A stretch of DNA of 64,000 nucleotides from Oopsacas minuta (GCA_024704765.1 JAKMXF010000330.1:62001-126000); one strand, 5' to 3'. Positions 11,214-23,360 are shown, counted from the first letter of the stretch. The notes: a model not told the origin generated them from the sequence alone. Program-made: numbers and translations.

Positions 11214-11850
11214 TTCACATATTTCTCTTAAGTCTTAACGTAATTGCTGCTAAGTCAATTTCGCATTGTATCAGCTTGTGATTGTGTTCATGTCTGTTCA
11301 GGGTGACCATACCTTCCTGTCCTTTTCTCTATTTTGTCCTGTATTCAGGCTACAAACCAAGGCTAGCACTCAATAAATTGTATATTTTTCTCTCATCAGA
11401 ACCTAGAATATTCTTACCTAGCATATACGTCCTACTATTTGCAGAGAATCCGAGACAATTCTGAGCGTCGAAAATGTTTGCTATATAACATTTGATTATT
11501 TTTTTTATGTGAATTTTACTGAAATTTCATCCTAATTTTGTCAATTATATCTGTGTTAATCTAATATCCAAATTTGTTGGTATTTGCATCTATTTTGTCA
11601 ATATTTGTTACAATTTGGTCATACATACTTTTCCTTAATTAAATTGTACAATTATAGTTCCAAACCGTCAAACTAATATACGTATATATTTCATCGCTTA
11701 TATCGAAGTAATTATCGCTATGTTTCCGCTTAAATATGGGGATTGACTGTTATTAATACAAACTTGTCTAAGAAATAAATTCGTGAACAGATAAGAATCG
11801 ACCAAAATTGATCCTCTCCTATTATATTTTACATATAGTGATACTATCTA

Positions 11851-13257
11851 ATGTCAGATAACAACAGGATTGAGAATGACAGCATGGGTGAAGTAGAAGT
11901 CCCTAAAGAAGTGTACTATGGAGCTCAGACACAGAGATCTAAGCTAAACTTTGCTATAGGAGATCCTACAACAGAAAGAATGCCGCCACCAGTCATTCAA
12001 GCTATGATTCTACTAAAACTAGCTTGTGCTGAAATTAACAAAGAGTTTGGGCTAGATCCTAAACTAGCTGATGCTATTATGCAAGCAGCAAGAGAAGTCT
12101 TGCATGGAGACATATCCCAGGAGGATAATTTCCCTCTGGTAGTATGGCAGACAGGTTCAGGAACACAGACCAATATGAATGTTAACGAGGTACTGAGTAA
12201 CAGAGCTATAGAGATATTAGGAGGAGAACTAGGTTCTAAGAAACCTGTACACCCTAATGATCATGTAAACAAAGGACAGAGTAGTAATGATGTATTCCCT
12301 ACAGCCATGCATATGGCTACAGCTGTACAGATCAACAAGATACTGATTCCGTCTCTGAATAAGCTGAAGGAGAGTTTTGATGAGAAATCATCTGAATATA
12401 AAGATATTGTTAAAGTGGGTCGTACACATCTTCAAGACGCCACCCCTCTCACATTCGGACAAGAATTCTCTGCATACTCAACCCAGCTGTCTTTAGGAGT
12501 AGATAGGATCACAGCTGCTTTACCTAGGGTGTATCAGCTGGCTATTGGAGGTACAGCAGTAGGAACAGGACTCAACACTCCGCACCTATTCAGCAAGAAA
12601 GTGTGCTCTAAGATATCAGAACTAACTGAGTTACCATTCCTACCCGCTACTAACAAGTTCGAGGCTCTGAGTGCTCATGATGCTCTAGTAGAGATGCATG
12701 GAGCTCTCAATGTTATAGCATGTTCATTGATGAAGATAGCTAATGACGTCAGATTATTGGGATCAGGACCCCGGTGTGGACTAGGAGAACTCATTTTACC
12801 AGCGAATGAGCCTGGTTCTAGTATTATGCCAGGCAAGGTTAATCCCACTCAATGTGAAGCTCTTTCCATGGTATGTGGCCAGGTTATGGGTAATCAGGTA
12901 GCAGTAACAGTGGGAGGGAGTCACGGACATCTCCAGCTCAACGTGTTCAAACCCTTGATAATCAAAAACGTGCTTCATTCTATTCGACTACTTGCAGACA
13001 CCAGTGTAGCATTCAGGAAGCATTGTATAGTGGGTTTATCAGTTGATGAGCAGAGAGTTAAGGATATGTTAAGTCGCTCCCTGATGCTGGTAACAGCTCT
13101 TAATCCCAGAATAGGATATGATAACTCAGCTCTTATCGCCAAAAAAGCTCATACAGAAGGAACTACACTTAAAGAAGCTGCGATTAGTCTGGGACTGGTG
13201 ACTAGTGAACAGTTTGATGAATGGGTATCTCCTATAGATATGGTAGGGAACAAATGA
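11851..13257 (+). CDS. FH: Class II fumarate hydratase
   Basis: [67 protein letters not shown] and the signature [16 protein letters not shown]. Intronless, with no N-terminal mitochondrial presequence in this ORF. Confidence 0.97.
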   Translation: MSDNNRIENDSMGEVEVPKEVYYGAQTQRSKLNFAIGDPTTERMPPPVIQAMILLKLACAEINKEFGLDPKLADAIMQAAREVLHGDISQEDNFPLVVWQTGSGTQTNMNVNEVLSNRAIEILGGELGSKKPVHPNDHVNKGQSSNDVFPTAMHMATAVQINKILIPSLNKLKESFDEKSSEYKDIVKVGRTHLQDATPLTFGQEFSAYSTQLSLGVDRITAALPRVYQLAIGGTAVGTGLNTPHLFSKKVCSKISELTELPFLPATNKFEALSAHDALVEMHGALNVIACSLMKIANDVRLLGSGPRCGLGELILPANEPGSSIMPGKVNPTQCEALSMVCGQVMGNQVAVTVGGSHGHLQLNVFKPLIIKNVLHSIRLLADTSVAFRKHCIVGLSVDEQRVKDMLSRSLMLVTALNPRIGYDNSALIAKKAHTEGTTLKEAAISLGLVTSEQFDEWVSPIDMVGNK

Positions 13258-13347
13258 TGGGAATTGTTAATAAATAACGACAATTGGTAGTAAGCAGCGT
13301 ATAAACATCTAATATATTAATATCATAGCTACCTATTTAGTATATAA

Positions 13348-13494
13348 CAAGGTTGAAACCAAACCGACCCAACCGATTATCAGTATTCATGAATAGCTGC
13401 CTTACCGAATTCGAATACGAATACGAATACTGATAACATTCTGTTTTGGTTACTCAAACCGCATACCGAATACTGATATTCGGTTGCAACTTTG
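13348..13494 (+). mobile_element. hAT-type MITE, CAAGGTTG family, copy 1
   Basis: TIRs caaggttgaaacc / ggttgcaactttg; imperfect 8-bp flanks gtatataa / gcatatat; internal accgaatactgatatt motifs shared with the other three copies. Confidence 0.65.
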
Positions 13495-13545
13495 GCATAT
13501 ATTAACTTATATTATACTTAATTACTCATATAGGTTCTCGACTGA

Positions 13546-13596
13546 AAATAACGTCTTGGGTGTCAAATAACGGCCTGGGTGTCAAATAACGGCCTG
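13546..13596. repeat. 19-bp tandem repeat x2.7 (aaataacggcctgggtgtc)
   Basis: Three adjacent units with no spacers. Confidence 0.8.
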
Positions 13597-13921
13597 ATGC
13601 GTAAGACTTCCACTCGGCCAAACGCAGGACGAAAATTTATGACGTCCATGGTTGTATTATATACCACTAATATTTCGGTCAGATAAATGTATTGAAACAA
13701 ATTATCGATTATAATAAAACTAAAAGCACAAGTGGGAATCTACTCATTCTACGAAAACTACTTAGAGTAAATATGTGGTACAAATCTATAAATAGCAAAG
13801 TTTATTTGCTTTAGATGCATGCTACAAGCATGATAAGGAAATACAATAACAAAACATATTATACTAAATACTCCACTGATATAGTATGGTGCATGAAGTT
13901 TATCTAGCTCTATTATTAGAG

Positions 13922-16900
13922 CTAGATAAAATTTGAGTACTCTTTTTCTGGGATTAAATCCTGTGGCAGGGGAGGTACCTGCGGTGTAGCACCTTGTTGA
14001 TCTTCTGACATGGGAGCAGCTCCTTGAAGGAGTCCAGTACTAGATACTGTTTTGGATGATTTGGATTCTAGAAGACTTTGTCTCTCCATTAACTCAATTG
14101 TAATATTAGTAAACTCTAATTGCTCGTTAATTACATTGATTATATCTTGATTAGTTAAACTATTGAGTTCTTCGTGGCAGCTATTTATAAACATTTGAAG
14201 AGAGTTTAACTTAGAATTATAAGTAGCAGATATCTTTGGTTCTTCTACAGTTATTACTTGGCTAGATGGGATAGACTCTTGAGTAACAATAACCTCTTCT
14301 TGTTGTTCTCTTGGCTGTATCCTGCTAGGTTTCTTGTACTTCTTTTGGTAGGGTATCTTCGTGTCGAAATTATCGAATTCCTGAATAGATTCAAAATATC
14401 CACAAACATCGCTACATGCTTCAACGTATTTGGTCCAAACATTAGAACATCGTCCTAGAGTAGTGAGACAGTCTACATCTCCTATCACAAGTATCCAACC
14501 TCTAGCCCGGGTTAAGATAGTGTTGAACTGAGCTACGTCATCCATTAGACCGAAGTCAAGCATTTCTTCTGACTCTATACTCTCTGGCATGTGTGTTACT
14601 GTCCTAACCGTGTTGATTATGATCATATCATATTCTCTGCCCTGTATAGCCTCAAGTTTCTTGTGTTCAATAGTAATATGATTGATACAGTTATGTTCTC
14701 TACAATATTTAGGACTATGCTGTCGCCTCATGCAGTTTATACCTTCCTTCCTCAGAACCTCGTTTATCAAATGGTCCTGTGCTTTGAATGTAGTCAGCAC
14801 TGCAATCTTAGTCACACGTACTCCAGCAGCTACTAATTTCCTGAGCGCTCGGATTGTTAACTGAGCTTCTTCTTCATTATAATAGGAAGGATACCCTTGG
14901 AGACTGTTCTCCTGTCCACTCACGTGAATGAATGAGAGGGCAGGGAAATTAGTAGGTCCTGTCAATCTGGGAGGTTTAGCTACTATACAACTATCATAGA
15001 ATAGTTCAGAAAAGAAATTTACGATAGTTCTTCGAGACCTGAAATTCTCCGTTAAATTTACTTTACACTTCTTCAATATATTCCCTTCATACTCAGGGAG
15101 TAATTCAAATCTTTCCATCAAAGATTGATCAAGATCATACTTCTTGCCGTAATGAGATAAGATCAGTGGTTTAGATTGCCTAACATCTCCTGCTAGGACT
15201 ACTTTAGTATTCGTACTAGCTAGAGACAATGCGATAAGTACTTCTGGCTCTGTAACCTGAGCAGCTTCATCTATGAATATATGTGTAAATAAAGATTTAG
15301 ATTTTCGGAAATCTTGTGCAGAAACTAACGTATGACAGGCAGTTAGTGTTGTTACTACGATAGAGCATTGCTGTATATCATATAAACTAGCTGATTTATA
15401 TTTAGCATCAGGGTAACCTTGATTCTCAATGTTTGCGAATCTATTCACCCTCCTATTCCAGTTGACGTTTTGACTCTTGGCGAAATGTCTGAAAATAATT
15501 TTTCTATTCGCGTGTTCACTTCCTCCTTCACGTAGCACCGAAATTGAATCAAAATAGTCCTGTAACAATTCTACGTAGAGGTTAGCACAGCTATTGGTTT
15601 TGGTCACTATAAGTACTCTAGACCTACGAAATGCTCTGGATATCAATCTGGCTGCTACCGAGAGAGTCCTAGTTTTTCCAGAACCAAAAGGCCCACATAG
15701 AATAGTAGGAAAACTATGACATTCAAGATTAATAATACTGAATACAGCATCTTTCTGTGAATCTGATAATATCCTCTCGTAGTCTAATAATTTCACAAGA
15801 TGGTCTTCATCTATGTAAGACCAAGGTATATCTACCTTCCTCAGTACTGGGAATACGACTGATAAATTAATATTATCTAACGCCTCATGCATCATTACAA
15901 ATTCATCACGATCAGGAATAAACCTGACAAACGCTAAACCTCCACTAGTCTGGCAATCCTTTATTAATTCAGTAGTTACCGTTAGAATAATATACTCAGA
16001 TGCTAAGTTGATACTGGTGCAATGGTATGCTCGCTTCATCCCGTTAGGAATGATGTACGCTGCTTTGGGAGGTCTGAAAGATCGGTAACCTTCAAATAAT
16101 CGGTGTTTCAATTCGAATTTAATGAATCTGTAGTTGCCTCTTGCTGTTTCTACCAATTCTCGGTCGTTATCGATCTCAATCGTAACCTGTCTATCCACGT
16201 TTTCAAACGTAATCTTCTGGTTAGGTAGGTCATACTTCATAAGGGATTTCTTATGCTGATATTCTTCAATAAATAATAGCTGGTGAAATCTAACAGCATA
16301 TTTATCTTTGGTTATTTCACTCTTCATATTCTGAAAGAATCCTGATCTAATTTTATCTTCTATGTCAATACGCATTGGATGCTTATTAGAGTACCAGCTT
16401 GTATTCAACAATGTGTAATTGAGTTCCCAGTTCACAGGTAACATGCTATCGGCCACAGGTGTCCTACCTCTAGCAGGCACGGGTTGAGTAGGTATGTGCG
16501 CATGAGCAGGTACAGAGGGAACAACAGGTATATGAGTAGGAACAGGGTTAATAGTATTCATAAAATTTTCCCTAACTTCCTTGAATTCATCTCCAGTTGG
16601 CTTAACACAAATCTCTTTAGCCAGAAGTAATCCGTCTTGTAATTGGAATATTACATGAACTCTATGCTCGCCTATCTGAGGTTTGCAGATGATAGCTAAT
16701 TCGAAGAAATTGTCAGAATCGAAAGCCTGAAAAATTAAGTAATTTGTCCTATTAGCATTGTGAGGATGCTTCAGTCTTTCTCTAATTCCTCCTTCTTTAT
16801 TGCATTTGAAAATATCGCCAAGAGTGAATATTCCTTTGTGTTGGTAGAGAACAATAGAATTCAGAAATTCAGGTTGTGTTGATTGCAGAGTTAGTAATGA

Positions 16901-17824
16901 TTGGTTTTCATTTGATTCGCCTACATTGACTACAACTGGTGTACTACATTCCATCCTAATATAATCTGGTGGTAGAATACAAGCCTTTAGTCCGAAGTTA
17001 TCTATTGCTCTATACACTTCCTGCAAACAATCAGGCTCTGTTACTGTATTTTCGCTAATCCACTGAGGACGTGAGTCACTACTTGATGGATACCTAGACG
17101 CACCTTGTGATGACGAATACCCTCCACTGCTTGAGTAGTTATAACTATCAGATTTACTTGACAAACTTGAATAGTTGAAACTGTCAAATTTACCTGAATG
17201 GTTCTGGTCAGGATGTTTATTGGTCTCAGCCTGGAGAGCATCTATCCAAACCTTCTGCTCTTCATGTGAGTGTGCATTCTTACAAGCATTATAGAAGCGA
17301 CATCTTTTATAGCGACACATTTCATAAGAATGAGACCCATAAACTAGTTTAGGTCTAGCTCTTATAGGGCCAGAGTACCTAGCGCTATGTCCTACTTCAG
17401 GGAGGATACGCATACTCTTAGTTTTCATTTTATGAACTTCACTCATCATATGGGCATTTAGGTTCTCAATACTTGGAAACTCGTTATCACATATGACACA
17501 GCTAAATCTAGGTTTATCCGGTCTCTTTTCCTTTGCAGTCCATATTTCTAATTCGAGGATATTATGTGCTCTCCTACAGGCTACACCTCTGAAGCATCTA
17601 CCACTTATCTTATTAGGACAAAGGTACAGTTTGTATTCATGTCTAAGATTTCGTATTCTATACCATTTTCGATGTGGTGCATAATATGCTACACTAATAC
17701 CTGACCACATGCGTCCACATGTTCTACAACTGCCATCACTATTGGCGATTTTCTCTAATGTTGGTGGGTTTGTTTGAGCATTGAAACAATCCTCACACAC
17801 TCGGAAGAGCTCGTGACCAGTCAT
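13922..17824 (-). CDS. HELZ: HELZ-like UPF1-family (SF1B) RNA helicase with N-terminal zinc fingers
   Basis: CCCH and C2H2 fingers at the N-terminus; Walker A GPFGSGKT; motif II FTHIFIDEAAQ; motif III VVLAGD; LTENFRS; motif VI FNTILTRARG. 3.9 kb, intronless. Orthology to HELZ is my judgement. Confidence 0.8.
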   Translation of the reverse strand: MTGHELFRVCEDCFNAQTNPPTLEKIANSDGSCRTCGRMWSGISVAYYAPHRKWYRIRNLRHEYKLYLCPNKISGRCFRGVACRRAHNILELEIWTAKEKRPDKPRFSCVICDNEFPSIENLNAHMMSEVHKMKTKSMRILPEVGHSARYSGPIRARPKLVYGSHSYEMCRYKRCRFYNACKNAHSHEEQKVWIDALQAETNKHPDQNHSGKFDSFNYSSLSSKSDSYNYSSSGGYSSSQGASRYPSSSDSRPQWISENTVTEPDCLQEVYRAIDNFGLKACILPPDYIRMECSTPVVVNVGESNENQSLLTLQSTQPEFLNSIVLYQHKGIFTLGDIFKCNKEGGIRERLKHPHNANRTNYLIFQAFDSDNFFELAIICKPQIGEHRVHVIFQLQDGLLLAKEICVKPTGDEFKEVRENFMNTINPVPTHIPVVPSVPAHAHIPTQPVPARGRTPVADSMLPVNWELNYTLLNTSWYSNKHPMRIDIEDKIRSGFFQNMKSEITKDKYAVRFHQLLFIEEYQHKKSLMKYDLPNQKITFENVDRQVTIEIDNDRELVETARGNYRFIKFELKHRLFEGYRSFRPPKAAYIIPNGMKRAYHCTSINLASEYIILTVTTELIKDCQTSGGLAFVRFIPDRDEFVMMHEALDNINLSVVFPVLRKVDIPWSYIDEDHLVKLLDYERILSDSQKDAVFSIINLECHSFPTILCGPFGSGKTRTLSVAARLISRAFRRSRVLIVTKTNSCANLYVELLQDYFDSISVLREGGSEHANRKIIFRHFAKSQNVNWNRRVNRFANIENQGYPDAKYKSASLYDIQQCSIVVTTLTACHTLVSAQDFRKSKSLFTHIFIDEAAQVTEPEVLIALSLASTNTKVVLAGDVRQSKPLILSHYGKKYDLDQSLMERFELLPEYEGNILKKCKVNLTENFRSRRTIVNFFSELFYDSCIVAKPPRLTGPTNFPALSFIHVSGQENSLQGYPSYYNEEEAQLTIRALRKLVAAGVRVTKIAVLTTFKAQDHLINEVLRKEGINCMRRQHSPKYCREHNCINHITIEHKKLEAIQGREYDMIIINTVRTVTHMPESIESEEMLDFGLMDDVAQFNTILTRARGWILVIGDVDCLTTLGRCSNVWTKYVEACSDVCGYFESIQEFDNFDTKIPYQKKYKKPSRIQPREQQEEVIVTQESIPSSQVITVEEPKISATYNSKLNSLQMFINSCHEELNSLTNQDIINVINEQLEFTNITIELMERQSLLESKSSKTVSSTGLLQGAAPMSEDQQGATPQVPPLPQDLIPEKEYSNFI

Positions 17825-18708
17825 TTTATTTGGTATTGTTTGGATTTTCAGAAATGAACAGATAGCTGTAATAGGAGTAACAGTAATATATTGGAAGAAA
17901 ATATTAAGACTATCGGGAAAAATAATTACGAGAAAACGACCAATCTACAAACCGATAGGATAGTGTAGCTCGAGGTCTAGTTCCCACTCGATTAAGAAAT
18001 TACAAAGAATAAGATAAATTAAACTGATTATTAATCAAATGATAGATTGAAAGTCCCAGATTAGATTCTACGTGTCATATAAACTTCTTGTTAATGTATC
18101 GTAACTGGTAAAATATAGAATTAACAGTGCTATATAGTACATACAATTCGCTTCCACCCTAGTGAGTCTGAGATAGAAATAATAAAGCTACATAATAAAG
18201 CTACATAATTTCATCTCAGTGTTTATGATCTATAAACGATAAATGAAAATTAAGTATAATTAAATGTCCTTTTTACGAAAGAGGAGATGGTCACACTGAA
18301 TTTGTTGCATAGTGAAATGAAGCGTAAATTTCATCAAAGCAATTCTTCTAGAGGGTGACGATATATTTTTAGTTGCATTTTCGGTAAATATTCAGGGAAA
18401 GGCGGTATTCCTCAATTTAATTACGTTCTTAGATATATAAATTTGTGAAGAGAAGATACGTGTACTATATAATTCCGTGAATACTATTATCTTACGTAGT
18501 GATTGGCGACTTTGGCGTTGATTTCAAACCTTTATTTTATACATTTTACAATATATCAATAGTTGAAAAAATGACAGTGGTAATTTGGCACAATGGTGTA
18601 TGCATAATATCCCAGCAGTTATTTATAGTAGCTAATTATGTGTAGCTTGCAATTTAATACTATCTAGGAAAAGTATTACTGAGTCCAACACAACAAAGAT
18701 TGTATATT

Positions 18709-19803
18709 CTAGATCATAGAAGGTTTCTTGAACTTACCCTGTATCCAAACTCTGAACATCTTGATTTGCTTCCCTCTGTTAACTTGTAACCTCTTGTCTG
18801 AAATCAGCTGTACCCTTTCCAACCCAGCTTCTTGTTCGAACAACTGACTCACCTCCTGCTCTGTAAAGAAGTATGCTTGAGTGCCATCTCCACGTCTGTA
18901 ACAGTTTGGTTGTAAACAAGTTCCTAGCTTGAATCTCAGTTGAGTCATATCATATCTCCCATAGTCTCTGAAAAGCAGCATACCTCCTGGCTGCAACAGT
19001 CTAGATAGTCTCTTCGTAACAAGACACGCTTTTGAGGGAGGAACAGCTGATAATACAAATAGCAGGAGGATGAAATGGAAGGAATTAGGCGGAAATGGAA
19101 ACTTAACATTATCAGAAGAGAGATCACAGACAAATGGATGAATACGTTTAGAGTTATATTGTGGGTTAGCTTTGATCAAGTCAATGGCAGATTCTGCAAA
19201 ATCACAAGCATATATAAATAAGTCAGGAGACGGGTTAGATTCTAGAATTGGAAAAGAAGAATTTCCAACTCCACAACCTGCATCTAGAATACGAACTGTA
19301 GCTGTACTAGCCTCAGAGCACAAATGTAATGACAAATAAGTGTCAATGTCAATTGATAAGACAGGAGAGGTTAACTCTACTGTAGAATTAACTTGCTCTT
19401 GTGCATCTATCTTAGACTGGGGATGGATGGGGCCATGAGATGGGGGTGTGGTAGCTAACTCAGGGAAAGAACTCAATAACCAATTCCTATCCTTAAAGAA
19501 GTTTTCGTGATGTTGTTGATAGAATGCATGCCATGATTTAGAAGAGTTAGCATACTGCTGATCTACCTCATGACTAGGTAGAAAGCTAGAAGAATTGAGT
19601 GCTATCTTTTTCTCAGCCTCTTCAATCTGAGCCTCGCTCCACTCTACATCATCCCAAGCATTGTGTTCATATACTCGCCCGGGATTATCTAGAAATCTCG
19701 TACCGAACTCTGCCTTCTTCTCTAATACCTCTCCACAATTGTCAGTGTCTGATGGATTGCAAGGTTTAGGTGGAACGCTAACAAAATTCAAGTTCTCTGC
19801 CAT
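18709..19803 (-). CDS. METTL2: tRNA N3-methylcytidine methyltransferase (METTL2 clade)
   Basis: FGTRFL....VYEHNAWDDVEW, FFKDRNWL..FPEL, SAM motif ILDAGCGVGN, LLFRDYGRYDMTQLRFK, RVWIQGKF. Confidence 0.92.
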   Translation of the reverse strand: MAENLNFVSVPPKPCNPSDTDNCGEVLEKKAEFGTRFLDNPGRVYEHNAWDDVEWSEAQIEEAEKKIALNSSSFLPSHEVDQQYANSSKSWHAFYQQHHENFFKDRNWLLSSFPELATTPPSHGPIHPQSKIDAQEQVNSTVELTSPVLSIDIDTYLSLHLCSEASTATVRILDAGCGVGNSSFPILESNPSPDLFIYACDFAESAIDLIKANPQYNSKRIHPFVCDLSSDNVKFPFPPNSFHFILLLFVLSAVPPSKACLVTKRLSRLLQPGGMLLFRDYGRYDMTQLRFKLGTCLQPNCYRRGDGTQAYFFTEQEVSQLFEQEAGLERVQLISDKRLQVNRGKQIKMFRVWIQGKFKKPSMI

Positions 19804-20512
19804 CTATCATCCCTTTACTTACTCGTCATTACAGTATGTATGTCACGGATTATTGGATAAAATAAATTTATGTGATATGTAATCGGATGGTTATAAATTA
19901 TAATATTAGTATTATCACGAGAAATATGAAGTAGATGCCGGATATAAGAACACCGATTATAAGAACCGGCATCCACTGACCACTGTATTATTATTATTAA
20001 TTAATACCTGATTGTTGTCTATATCAGTATGCTTTGTCCAGATTGAAAACTTTTTAATAAATTTATTAGGAATTCAATTTGATTGTTCTAGGTTCAGAAG
20101 AGAGAGTACAAATTAAATGACTTCGTAAGAAATCGTATATGTTTCCTCATTATATGGTATTAACATGGTCAAGATAAGATAACTTTGTCTAAGTACAATA
20201 ATTAATCAAACACATTGAATCTGGCATAACAGGAATAATCCCAAAGAATAATAAAATAGAGAATTTAATCTGAAGTCTAATATATTAATAATAATAATAA
20301 TAATAATAATAATTCACAAACGAACATACATCCTGAACAGAGCACTAATGACGTTATTATTATGCACACTATTTATTAGCCAAGTTTGAAAGTGCTGAGA
20401 GGAGAGAAGTGGTAAAATGAAGTTTGCTTGACCTTGAAAGTAAGATGTTAAAATAACCAGAGTAAGTGCTATGTACTCACATCACACTTACTATCTATAG
20501 CAAGTACATGCA

Positions 20513-23045
20513 TTACATAGTTGTGGACTCCTGTAAGGGAGCATATCTATTCTGTGGAGGCCCTGAGCTTTGTACCTGATAACCTGATATATCAAGAGGT
20601 TGTTTATTTTTCAGTCCAAAAGCAGGGTTTGTTGTTTCTTGAATAACAGATTTGTGGAATTCTTTGGGCGCTTCTACAAACTTAGAGGCAATAGCATCTC
20701 TTACCTCCTTGTCCCAATCCTTATACTCTCTGTATTCCAGGTAGTAGAATATTACTTTTATAATCACGAGTAGAATAATACCTATAACCAGGCCTACCAG
20801 AACTATACCTAATATAATGAACCAGAAAGGGAACACAGTATTACATATAGGCTCGGTATTAACGTAAATAGGTAGGAACTGACCGTTATCATCTCTAGCA
20901 ACATAGTAAAGAAAGTAGCAGTTAGGTACTTCACGTAAACAAACACCTGCAGTGTAGTTGTTAATAAAATCTACGTCATTAGCTGTTTTAACAGGAATAT
21001 GGTTATTAGCACACACAGATCTGCAATCAGATAAGTTAGATATAGTAGAGTTCACTGCACACTCAGCACAACCGACATTATCCAAACAATCAGATGCTTC
21101 GGTATAATATTGACAGAACTCTCCCAAATACCCTTCCTGACACAAACACTCTTCACAATTACAGGTACCTCTACCAGCGCAGACTAATCCATTTCCGCCT
21201 GGCTCTATACATTTCAGTTTAGATAGACTACACTCACACTCTGACCCACTGTACTCAGGTCTACACTGACACTGATTACAGGCACAAGTCCCTCTCTCCA
21301 TGCCACCACACAGCATGGAATTAACACGTCCACAGGAGGTATCACTACACTCACAATACCGTCCGTATATGTTGTTATCGTGTCTCTGATCGCACTCACA
21401 TCTACCACATACACATTGACCACGCTTAGAGCATACAGAATTGGACCCAGGCTTTATACAGGCGCTAACGTCTTGTGGTGCCTCCCCCGTACAGTCACAA
21501 ATATCTCCAAATCTCCCAGCATTGCACTCACATATTCCACACACAAAGGTTCCGTTACCATCTGAACAGTCTGGAGAGTTCTCCACTGCTTCTGCTTCAC
21601 ACGGACAAGAACATAACGCATCAACCTCCACCCCAACCTTACCATACAGGAGGACATTAATCTGACCTACAGCTGTTTGGGAGATACACTTCTCTAGAGT
21701 AACATCTATCCTGAACTGAGCCTGATCCCCTAGATTAATGCCTACACAATCCTCTCCATCAGGACTGACCTGATCACATTGAGCAGTAGATGTAATCCTA
21801 ACTCCAGGGACCTGTTGTAATTCTATGTTAACATTTTGACTGAGAGACATGTAAGCATCAGAAATTATGTCCAATACATTCTCAGCTCTATCCTCTAGCT
21901 TGGCTACCCACGATCTACCCAGCTCTCTGGAGAGTATGTTATACAGGTGGACCTGGTTAGCAGCGCCTCCTATAGCGAATATAACGAATATATTATTCTC
22001 CTGTAGTTTAGCTCCTAAGTGTCCAATTGAAGGGTAGTCCTGTTTGGTAGATTCGACATAGGTTGCAAACGTATCATCCCCCTCGTACTCCAGATGACAC
22101 CGTCCATCATTTGGCTCTATTATACCTGCTAGTTTTCCGTCATGAGCTATATGAAATGTACCATCTGTCACAACCAGGATAAGGTGACGACTATTAGGTC
22201 TCCAGCCTATTTCATTAGTACACACAGCCGATTGCATGATAGCATCAAACGTCCCTTCAGGATTGTCCTGGTTCCTACTGAACTCTTGACGGAATAGAGT
22301 GTCATTGAATAATGTAAAGTTCTGAGTGAGATTCAGTGAGTGATGGAACCCATAGGTAGGTAGACAGGTTTCTCTAGGACCGCACGGGTTCTCTATACGT
22401 CCGAAACTTCCATCTCTATAGACAGGTTACACAGCAAATACAAAACTATCAGTAAATGAAATTATAAATTAACTAAATTTACCTGAATGGAGCTATAGGC
22501 TTGTCAACAAAGCTTCCTATACCCAGCATGTAGTCACTAGTAATATTCCTAACAGTATCAACCAGTTCCTGAGACACACTCTGTATCTGCATGAACCCTA
22601 CCCTCATGCTGGTACTAAGATCCATCAGTAGGTACAGGTCGAGAGGGTACCCCGGAGCTGGGGAAGATGTTATGTTGAATGATTTCGTTTCTCCTAATCT
22701 CAACTCTAGTTTGACCCGCTGTGGCTGAGTGAGTATAATCTGGTTTCCTCTTGAAGAACCGAGAGGGTAGTTTTCCAGTATAGTTAGAGAGGAGGAAAGG
22801 TGCTGTAGATATGAAGTATTGGAGGAATATTCAATACAGGTATCTTCATCTAGATGAGGGATACAGCGTGTAGAGTTGAAGGATGGGTGAGTACACCAAC
22901 CACAATAGTGAGCTACATTTAAACACTTAGAACAACTTGACTCTCTGGAACAAGTGTTACGCTGTATATCTATCGACTGAAGATAGGTTGTGTGGAGAGA
23001 GGAGAGTAGCAATAATAATATGAGACTTCTGAACCCTTTTGACAT
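20513..23045 (-). CDS. ITGB: Integrin beta subunit, 2 exons, about 821 aa
   Basis: Exons 23045-22483 and 22415-20513 joined by a 67-bp GT-AG phase-2 intron (..KPIAPFR/DGSFG..). Signal peptide, PSI (CSKC..YCGWC), beta-I (DLYLLMDLSTSM, NQDNPEGTFDAIMQ, QDYPSIG), four I-EGF repeats, beta-tail domain, TM helix and cytoplasmic tail. Confidence 0.95.
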
Positions 23046-23360
23046 TATTTGACTACCTTATTACCTCTAATTCAATAATTTAGAATACAATAAACGAATA
23101 ATGACAGCTAATTATATTCTTATATAATAATCGATCATTGAATAATGCACTGAAATAAGAGGCTATTGAGCTTCTACAGATTATCAGTATATATGGAGAC
23201 TTGGAATATGGATTATTCTTCAATGAACAATAAGTAGAACCACAATGACGAGGACATGATAAACAGTTTAAAGAGTTGGTGGATTGAATTGAGCCATAGA
23301 CAGACAATTACTTACTAAGCACTACTTTATATGTGCATTAATAAACCTGCATCTAGCCTA

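Noticed and set aside
11851-13257. Intronless, presequence-less fumarase as a bacterial horizontal transfer
   Set aside because: Most native neighbours are also intronless and composition matches the flanking genes. A phylogeny would be needed, and nothing visible supports transfer.
13546-13596. Short direct repeats as a possible CRISPR array
   Set aside because: The units are adjacent with no spacers, there are fewer than three full copies, the context is eukaryotic and there are no cas genes.
22238-22482. Split integrin ORFs as a frameshift or pseudogene
   Set aside because: A 67-bp GT-AG intron restores the frame and the conserved beta-I sequence.
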